Source of the DNA: Eimeria praecox
Lineage: Eukaryota
DNA length: 64,000 nucleotides
Reading direction: 5' to 3'
Assembly (NCBI GenBank): GCA_963920595.1
Contig: OY986948.1
Span: forward strand, 3,410,001-3,474,000
The notes beneath the pieces were generated by a model that was given only the letters and a program-made list of their open reading frames with translations, searched no databases and was not told the origin of the DNA. Within the stretch, counting starts at the first letter, position 1. Every line of letters begins with the position of its first letter. Below are positions 54,715 to 64,000 of the stretch, piece by piece. The translations under genes were made by a program, and so were the position numbers.

Positions 54715-55969
54715 CTCGCATGCACGTGCGGATGCTATGTGTGTGTTTGGGGAGGGGGGGTCGTGAGGGGAAGCCGCATGCAAGCCAAGAATTGCATGCA
54801 GTGTCACTCACTGCAAAGAAACAGCAAAGCGTGCAACATCAAGATGCACCCCACATGCATCACACCGCTCAACAACTCTGTATTATATATAAATCTAGCT
54901 GCTCACTAAATCCTTCACCTAGTTATATAGACATATAAATATAGATTCATATACATAAATATCTATAGTATCTATGTAATAATATATGCAACACCCTAAC
55001 CCAGGCACACAGACACATGCGGAACATGAGTTGAGCTGCACATACACCGCGTTCGATATCTCCTCATTATGCTCACAAGGAACCATACAAACTCTGATGA
55101 CTCCCTTTCATCTCTTATCCACATAAAAACTCTAAAATATGCATGAACAGGAGATATACCTACATACATTATACACTACAGTCTACCTACATCTTCTGTA
55201 CATACAGCTAAGGTCATCAATAAACCCCTCAATATCTGCTGTGTCGCTTACCTGTGAGAACTGAACTCCGCTGACAACGGCGAGGATCAAGAAGGTGCAA
55301 ATAACCAAAAGGCCAAATAAACGCATTACCTGCGACAATTCTCCAATTGTGAATCGAGAAAGGCCGTTCTGAACGACTGCTGTTCTCTGGAATATGTAGT
55401 AATTGAACGCCATCTACACATTCAACCCACCCACAACACAAACACACCCACACCCATACCCACACGCGAGTTTACTACAGAAGAAGCTCCTATGAAGGCC
55501 GCGCATGCATCACAGATCTCTAAAGAGAGCGACCCCTGTCTATATATACAGAAGACGCCCTGAAAAAGGAACGAAGGCAGACAAAGCACACGAAACAGAC
55601 AAGGCAGATAGGAAGGCAATCGACGCTTACAACGGCAGCCGGCAAAGCGGATATGAGGCTCCAGTACATGGGTATCGTCCTGGGGCTCCTGAAGCAGAAC
55701 ACGCACAAACAGGTGGTGAGGTGCACGCAGAATGATGACCCGTTATGTTGAAAGAGAGTCTGCATGCAGGTTCACAGGGTCAACCCCCCAAGGGCCGAGG
55801 TTGGTCCGGGGCCCCTCAGGGGAAAGCCCCAAGAAAAAGTATGCCAAAAAGAAGTTTGCATGGTTTTTGAGGATTTGCACGGCATTACATGCCGGATTTA
55901 ACACAGAAGGGCAGAGAGGGGGGTCGCGATGCTGAAGGGGCTTCCTTCGCTTAGTTGCTCACTCGTCAT
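54298..55969 (-). CDS. Multi-exon multipass membrane hypothetical protein
   Basis: ATG 55969 MTSEQLSEGSPF.. joins in phase to SPRTIPMYWSLISALPAAV|MAFNYYIF..LFGLLVICTFLILAVV; further hydrophobic exons (LSGVMHVGCILMLHALLFLC; FWCLVTMLWLVLMACF..KTAE*). Confidence 0.65.
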
Positions 55970-56792
55970 GGACCGTCGGGTGTACCGTATAGTAGCAGAA
56001 ACAGCACGTGGCAAACACAGTCCACGTGAAGGGGAAAAAGAGAATTAATACATCTTGAACGGTCAGATCGCAGACAGCGCCAAAGGCGCGTCGCCTGAAG
56101 CAGTTCCGCGCCATCCTGTACTCAGGGGCGAGACAAGGAAGAAGAGTGCTTATTAGCTGTCATAAACCTAAAACACGTGTAAAAACCAAATTAACGAGAT
56201 GCGAACTAGATGCGACCTCAAACTCAAAGGGCAAAGTACAGCATTGGGGCCCTCTGGTAGGCCCCGTCGTGCCCTCGTTACGTTAGACCAGCACGCGCAC
56301 GAGGTAATAATGGAGACGCTGGCAATAAACACGCGAAATAGCTGCTTCATCAATTTAAACTAAAGAATTCTCTTTATTTTAAGCCTTTTTTAGTCGAAAA
56401 TAGTGGCAAAATAGCACATATCGCCGATTTGAGTCGGGTGTATGTACACCTGATGATCCGGCTAACTACCCGGCACGTACTCTCAGCACGCACAGCGCTG
56501 CAGGGCTGCTGTCAGGCGGACCCCTCTCTCATGAATGGAGTAATTGTAGTCTCATCTTTCTTGTGTTTCTCTTTACTTCGGAAGTTACATATATTTCCGA
56601 GCTGCAGCGTTTTCAGAACCGGCAATAATAAGGCCAAACATTCTCTCAATCTTTCCCCCCGGTGCGTTCACCCCGTGAGTTCATTCAGGTGTGCGTACAG
56701 CAGCAGTGCGTGTGCAGGCAGCTCTGTGCAGTATCTGCGGTTATATTTCGCTTTCTCTCTCTTTTTTCGCTTATTCCCTTTTCGTCGTCAAA

Positions 56793-57490
56793 ATGGCAAG
56801 TGGAATGCCAGTCAACGAAAACTGCGTGGTGGCTTTCAACGAGCTGAAGCTGCGGCACGCCTGCAAGTGGATCATCTTCAAGATTGACCACGACGAGATC
56901 GTGGTGGAGAAGAAGGGGAACAGCAGCGCTTCTGAGTTCGCTAAGGAACTCCCTGAAAGTGATTGCAGATACGCAGTGTTCGATGAAGGTAAATTTCATG
57001 ATGGCTTTTATTTATTCAGCAGCTGCAGTTGCAGCGACACACAAGCAGCGCGCGGTCGCGGCGCAGACTTCTTCCGGTGCTGCTCTTTGGATGCGTAGCG
57101 AGCTAGTTCATTATTTATGGTTCTCTTACATTTTCTTTAAATGTTGTGTTGTGTGTTTCATGGGAAGCAGCGTCCTTCTTCGTGTGCATTGGTTGTGTGT
57201 GTGTTGGGGGGGCAGCGGCAACAGAGAGCGAGAAGGCCTGGTGTTCTCTGCTGTATATTTGTTGTATTTGTTGAAGAGGGTTTGAATTTCTTGTTGTTTT
57301 TGGTTGTGATGTGTGCTGTATCGATGCAGGCCAGCGCATCCACTTCATCCTCTGGTCCCCTGACTGCGCACCTGTCAAGCCTCGTATGATCTACTCCTCT
57401 TCTAAGGATGCCCTGGGCAAGAAGCTGGAGGGTACGATGGCAACAACTCTAGAGGCTCACGAGCTGGGCGACCTCAGCGTTCTCGGCTAA
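56793..57490 (+). CDS. ADF: Actin depolymerizing factor, 118 aa; exons 56793-56988 and 57330-57490
   Basis: MASGMPVNENCVVAFNELKLRH..DCRYAVFDE|GQRIHFILWSPDCAPVKPRMIYSSSKDAL..; 357 nt spliced. Confidence 0.97.
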
Positions 57491-59509
57491 ACGCGCTTCA
57501 ACAGAAACAGCAGGCCCAGTAGCAGCAGCACCGGCAGTATTCGTTGCTGCTGTTGCTGCTGTATAGAAGAGAGAGAGCAGGGCTGTGGCGCTGTTATAAT
57601 ATATAAATACGCTCTGACAATGGAGCTGTTAGTGTTTCGCACATTGTTTCTCCGGTCCTTCGCAGCGTATTAACTGCTGCAGATCCGAGCGACTCACAGG
57701 GGTGGTGCTGCTATAAATTGCAGCGTAGCTAAGACCTGCTGAGGCTGTTAGTTGGCATTCTGCAAGGCAGTTGAACGAACCGAAGAAACAAACACGACAA
57801 ACTAAGTGAAGTGATACCGGGGAGGAAGATGGATTAGATACAAACAAAGTAGCTGTAGATAGCAGAACTGTTGGCCTCTAAATAGCAGTTTAGCGATACA
57901 GGAGGTTGCATGTAGTTAGTTAGCTGTTATAAGTTGGCAGCAAGCGAGGAACCTTCCTTCCTCAGTTAACAACTGAGGAAGGAAGGTAAGAAGATAGGGG
58001 GGACTGAGGACAGCTGGAGCTAAAGATGAGCCTAGCGTAGTTATATTATTTGTAGTTATATTATTTGTTCTGTAGTTGGCGGCTGGGTAGACGTAGAAGA
58101 GACAAAGTGCCGTAAACGGCTAGCCACCGCTTGCATGCAAAATACAGGGGGAGAGGGCGCGGTTTGTTGTTGTCTGTTTGATGAGGGAGGTGCTGGAGGA
58201 TGGGGCCTCTGTCTGTGTCGCCACCTCAAGATAATACATCTTTTGTCGGGTAAAGTTGTATTATTTGAGTTGGTAACAGAAGCAGTTGAACAGATGGGCA
58301 TGCGTACAGACAGCGGGCAGCAGACGGCTTCCGAACAGCGAGAACGGACAGCAGAGCGCCAAGCAGAAGGCTGAGGGTCCACTCAAATGGAGGTAGAAAG
58401 AGGGGAAGGAAGGGAAGAGAGGAGTGAACGAGGAAAAGTTAACGAAAGAGCTGAAACAGCCTACGAAGAAGTCGCTCAAAACGAAACAGAGACGAGGATG
58501 CGTTGTGCTCGTCTACTAAACATGTATGTATATATATGTATGTATACATATATATACATACATATATATATACATATATATATGCATAAATATATATGCA
58601 AGAATATACTTTTGTCTAGCCCTCTGCTCTCTCTTTGTAGTTTGCAACGCTTTCGGTTGTGCCCAGGGTGTATCGATGGGCTGCAACCTCGATTGTTTAG
58701 AGGGAAATGGTGAGTAACAAGGCAACCTCTGTGCATATATGTAATGGAATAGCAGCTGATGACCCTCGTTTTAGCCTCTGAGCGTCTTTCGTACAGCGAC
58801 GGAAGGAAATGCTGAGGCTAATGATGCGGGAGGCTTACAACATACTGTCTTAGTTGCAGCACTTCTTGCTGCGCCTTGTGTTGCAAGCCAACCCCCAAAT
58901 GAGACACAAGGCCCGAGCTGAAGGCTTAGACAAAACCTAAAAGCTTGCGCAGCAGCTAGGAGTCAATCCGCGAGCAAATAGAGACGCGTAGGAAGCCTAC
59001 TCCTGACGGGCAATGTGCTAAAACCCGTGTAGACCAGTATGCTGGGCTATGAATGAAGGCAAGCAAGAGAGCCTTCTAGACTACCTTATGGGCACCATTA
59101 TATACCATTAATGGCATTTAAAGCATTCATTTGTTTACTTGCATAATTTGTTTGTTTCAACTCGGCGTTTCGCACGCCGTTCCAAGCTTGTTGAACCACC
59201 ATCAGCACAGAATCTCCTCCCTTGCAACCTCGTTCTAACAGCTCTTCTGTATGTCTAGCCTTTTTATATTTGTTTTAAACTTTAATATAATTATGAATAC
59301 GATGAAACGCAGTGAAGGGCCAATCAAGTGCCCACTCGTGCGGCCGCCTCCCCATGGGGGCGAGCCACTGGGATGGCTGTCCGCCACACTCGGGAGTAAC
59401 CAGACAAGCGGCTTGGGTACTTGTCGATTCTTCTTTGTTTTTCCAGTGCAACGGCGTATTCCTCCACTTAAGCTCTTTATTACTTGCATTTATGCTCTTT
59501 TGAGTGAAA

Positions 59510-60858
59510 ATGGCGCCGATATACCTCACAGTTGCAGCTTCTCTGTTGGCGGTCACTGGGCTGGAGTCGGTTGTTGCCGATACTTCAGTAAAGTTTACAG
59601 TTGTGGATGTACAGGGAGGTATAAATGCTGAACTTCAGTTATTCCCTCTTCCCCTTTTGTTTCTGGTCACGACGCTTTCGCTAGGATGCTGAAAGCGGCT
59701 GGAGGAGGCACCGGCAGGGTGGTGCCTTGCTGTGACGTCGTTATGTGCTTTGGATATGCTTGTCTGCAGATGCCTACACGTCGGCCAACTTGGCACGCGG
59801 TGGAAAACTCTCAGTTGGCGTTAAAACTCTCGCGGAGAACGCGGAACTCATCACCGCTTTGAAGACGAAACTGGGGGAGAGCACGGCAGTCACCGGCACG
59901 GCGTGTGATGGCAGTATGCAGATCGGTCCTACACTTGTGAGTTAGGCGTTAACATTAAAGTGAATAGATGGGACGACCGCTTAAACAAATCGTTTGACAA
60001 GAAGGAGGGGGAGCGTTCTTGTGAGTGATGTGTCTTCTTGGCTGCTCAGAAGGAGATATTCCATGCGGGTTTCACTTACCCACAAGCAGGTTCTTCACCA
60101 AACTATCGCGAGATAATTCAAAAAACCCTTGACAGCGGAATTAAAGTATTAAAGTACGTTACTGTTTTCCTCACTGCATGCACCTCGCCTGCGTACAGTG
60201 CTATAGAAGACAGCAGTAATCTAGCATGCGAAGAGGCAGCAAGCCACCGCTTCTCCCCAAGCTAGCATACCCATTGAGGCCTAGCATCTGTGTATTGCAG
60301 CTTGTCGCATTAGAGTTATGGCTTTCGTTCGCGTGTGCGATGTTTAAAGGGAAAAATCACCGTACGGGTCAACCAATGGGCAGTGGACGACGTTCTGGGA
60401 AGATGAAGACGGTGCTAACATTGCAAATCTTCTCGGGGCTAACAGCACCCAAATCGGATGCGCCATTGGCAGATGCACAACGGTCGACACGGCGCAACCG
60501 AAGCAGGTGACAGTCACAAACAGGGCAGTGTTGTTCTGTGCAATCGATCCGCCAACGCGGAAGGACACCGCTCCTTTTGAGTAAGTGCTTCCTTTCAGAT
60601 TCCCGTGCCACAACAAAGTGTTTAATTAAGTACAAATTTTTGCATGCCTCTACCACACAAATGTAGTTTCGTTCTTATTCTCTCAATTTGTGTCTGTGCT
60701 GCAGTAAGCAATATTACGACGCGCTCGTTGGACGAACAACTCCCCTGGCGGATATGACTCCAGATGATCTCAAAGCCTCCAGAGGCGGTTCAACAGTTGC
60801 TGTGCCATCGGTTCTTCTAGCTGGCATGGCTGCCATACTGGCAGCAGTTGCTCTGTAG
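59510..60858 (+). CDS. Eimeria SAG-family surface antigen, 5 exons, signal peptide and hydrophobic GPI-type C-terminus
   Basis: MAPIYLTVAASLL; DAYTSANLARGGKL; PNYREII; FWEDEDGANIANLLGANSTQIGCAIGRC; VLFC..P..APF; YYDALVGR; VPSVLLAGMAAILAAVAL*. Confidence 0.92.
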
Positions 60859-62992
60859 AGACAAAATATTTCAGCCTCTGAGTTTGCTAGTTAACTTGCT
60901 ACACAGCTAGTACTGAAGTTGCAGAGCCAGTGAAACATAGAGGGTATATTGATTTCTCCACATGCTTTATAAGAAGGCCGAGTCTACACTATCCACACAT
61001 TGTATGTGAAATGCATGGCTGCATTTGCATTCATGCACCGAGGAAGGGGATGCGTTACAGAGCGTTCCTCACGTGTTGCGGCCGGGGTGTTCAGCCTCTT
61101 TTCCCCTTTTTTACTGCTGTTTCCTAAGGTGTTTGATAAGGTCTTTTGTATAGATGCGGTGCGGAAAATCAATCAAAAGCCTGTATCAGTGGCATTAAGT
61201 GTTACGTGCAGATTGCGCAGATCGTCTATAGCCTGTAAGTGCAGCAGTGCGGCGCAAATGCTCAAATGCTCAGCCACGTATCTGTGGACTTGCTACTTTG
61301 CCAATTATTGTGAAGAGCAGACTGCCACTTTAACCATATAGACCATCTTATCCGTGAATGCGGCAGTTCGAGCATGTGGCAACTGCGTGCGCCTTTACTG
61401 GGGTCGCACGGATCTTTCCTAATATACTTACAGCATTGGCTTCCACGCCAGTGAATGTTTTTGCCGCTGACAAAGTACATATACTTCGCGAAAATATATA
61501 TGGTACAATGGATTCCAACAAATAAGCCCTGCAACTCAACAGAGTCGGAGTGGTCTGGTCTGAAGGTGCACCGCCCAACGTGTCCGTCTTCCGTATAACT
61601 AGTGGGTGCACTCTCGCAGTTTATGGGCTACACTCAGAATGTTACGCTTTAATAGCTTTTGAGCACAAAAGAACTGCACTTTATTCGTATTATCATCTAA
61701 TCCTTCTCAAGGAGGAAAAGTAATCCCAATGATCCGTGCTGACTACTTGCGAGTCGGCGTCTCGGCCGCAGGGCAAGCGGCGCGACGAGCCCCAGACCCT
61801 GAATCCTGGCAGAGTAGTTTTGGCATGAAGCTTTATCTTCCGTCGAATGCTGTTAGGTATATTTCTAATAATATATTATTTATGCTCTAGCTTGCCGATA
61901 GACCTCTAGAGGCCCAATTTGAGCATCGTTGTAGTGCTTGCGCACTACATCGCCGCCACTACCGCTTCAGCACCATTCGCCTCCCTCCCATCTATCATCT
62001 ATGGCCATACTTAGCATGGTTCCTAGAAGGAAGTGTTTAGTTTTCTTCCTAAAGTGAAGGGTTGCTGCAGCCTTCATGCTTTATATATCTCTGCATCTAC
62101 CGATGAAAGCATGAATGAGGTGGGTTACCGTGCAACTCCCGTAATGTGCGAGCACTACATAATGCAGAAGCTGGGCCGCTGAAGGCCCAGTTAGTGGGAG
62201 GGGCACAGCAAACTTTGTGCTAGAAATAATCCAATTATTATTAGGCTGAAATAAAGCAAATAAGTACAGAACCGTTTTCAGCCGGCCGAAGGGTGCGGTC
62301 TAGTTGTGAGCCTGGCTCTGTGCATCAGAGGCGTTAACCCGCAAGGCATCATCGCCTTATCACCATTGCCTGCTCGTTACTTTAAAGGATTAAACTGTCA
62401 CATGGCGGTCCTTTGAAATTTCAAGGTTTCCTTAAGGAGTAGAAGCTGAGTGTAGTGTATTCGTGCGGAAATTGCACCGAAGTAAGTATACATAGGACTA
62501 GTAGAGGCAGAGTTTGCTGCAACTCCTTTGCGAGCTGAGGGAAGTCTACTTGATATAACGAACTATGGCTTACCTTTCAAACTGTACGCTCTTGTTACTT
62601 GTACATTTTCACGTAATGTGATCACTAGGGCGATGCGTGTTTTGCGGATCACGTATGCAACCTCGTACTCGGTTGGATCTGGCTGGAGCCTCTCTTGAGG
62701 GGGGAACTAAGTACTGTCAGGCACTGCTTTCACTGGCTCTCATTCCTCTCTTCCTAATTGATCTGAGTATGTATAAATGATTTATTTGTGCAAGCATTTG
62801 CACTGAATATCCATCAAATTAAGAGCCTCCCACCCACTAGGTGGCGACCTGCAAGAGGTGTCCAGCGACGGGGAACCAACCAGTGGACCCCAGGCATCCC
62901 CTCTTGCTTAACCTGCACTGTCTGAGTATATTTGGTTTGTGTTAGTATCAGCCTTTTTGTGGGACACATTTTCTGAACTCTCGCTTTTGAAT

Positions 62993-64000
62993 ATGTCGCC
63001 CATCTTCAAGACGACAGCTTTCTGTCTGGCCCTCTGTGGGCTCCATTCATCCGTGGCAAAAACGTTGAAATTTACAGTGGGAGATGCAAGTGAAGGTAAA
63101 AACATCTCCCTTTCCAAGATTGTTTTTTCCTCCTTGTTGTGTATGCGAGTGGCCGCAATTGCACCACTTTAACGGTATGCACGAGCTAGGAGACCAGCTC
63201 TCACCGATTCGGTGGGGGGCGTGCTGCCTCTCGTTTGGTTATTCTGCTGCTTGCAGATGCATACACTGCGATTGCCTACGGCCGCCTTGGCCAGCTTCCT
63301 GTTCGCATCAATGCACTGACGACGGATGAAACTCTCGTCACGAACCTAAAACAAGCGTTGACTGAGGCCCCAAGTAAAGTAACAGGACCCTCATGTGCAG
63401 CACTGGATGTGGCCGAGACCTTCGTGAGTAGATACATTGTTTGAACATTTGCATGTGTGATATATATACAGCATTAGGCATTTGTGAACCTCCCGCCTAG
63501 CCCAAAAGATATTTGGCCTCCGTGATTTCTTCGGATTTACAGGAGAAGACGAAATTCTACGTAACCTTCACAAAAGAAAGCGGCAAAACGCCGAATTATC
63601 GCCAAATGGTGGAGAACGCCATCAACAATGGACTCATGTAAGTTTTATCCATTTATATTTCGTACTATCGCCCCCAATATCAAGATACATGCACATGATG
63701 CCTGACTGGAGGCACGCAGATCTGCATAGTCGTCGTGCCCACCTATAACATAAACCAACCATCTTCACCATCGAAAATCCGCTTAATTGGGGATGGTTAG
63801 TTATGCCTTGTGCAATTGCTGGTATTCTCACAGTTTAATGCAAACATACCCCACGACGGACCAGGAATGGAAGAACTTCTGGGGCCAGCCAGGAGGCGCC
63901 AACATGGCAAATCTTCTCTGGGCTAACAGCACAACCATTGGCTGCGCCGTTCTAGTATGCACCGAAGCAGAAGACAGTGGCACAGCACAGACAGCTGATA
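62993..64000 (+). CDS. Second SAG-family gene, 3'-partial
   Basis: MSPIFKTTAFCLALCGL; DAYTAIAYGRLGQLPV; PNYRQMV; YPTTDQEWKNFWGQPGGANMANLLWANSTTIGCAVLVC; same intron positions and phases as the upstream SAG. Confidence 0.92.

Overview
Eukaryotic, intron-rich genomic DNA from a coccidian apicomplexan, most likely Eimeria. The evidence is GT-AG introns, CAG-derived homopolymeric amino-acid repeats, TGCATGCA octamers, AAACCCT-like heptamers, 5-exon SAG surface-antigen genes, SPM1 and a 118-aa ADF. Gene order: 1-Cys peroxiredoxin (5'-partial, +); two heavily decayed Ty3/gypsy retrotransposon relics (-); a signal-peptide protein with a degenerate methyltransferase-like motif (+); an AKMT/SMYD-like SET methyltransferase (-) head-to-head with adenylate kinase (+); a small secreted P/Q-rich protein (+); a membrane-anchored cyclic-nucleotide phosphodiesterase (+); SPM1 (-) head-to-head with a probable unannotated multi-exon gene (+); a transmembrane RING-H2 E3 ligase (-) embedded in about 3 kb of microsatellites; aconitase (-) head-to-head with RTF2 (+); a multipass membrane protein (-) head-to-head with ADF (+); and the start of a SAG array (+). 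The most unusual non-coding signals are clustered GCTAGC/TAGCTA palindromes at gene boundaries, strand-biased intronic telomere-like repeats, and inverted microsatellites bracketing the last RING exon. No single clearly novel system could be established from sequence alone. All gene models were spliced by eye and some boundaries are approximate.
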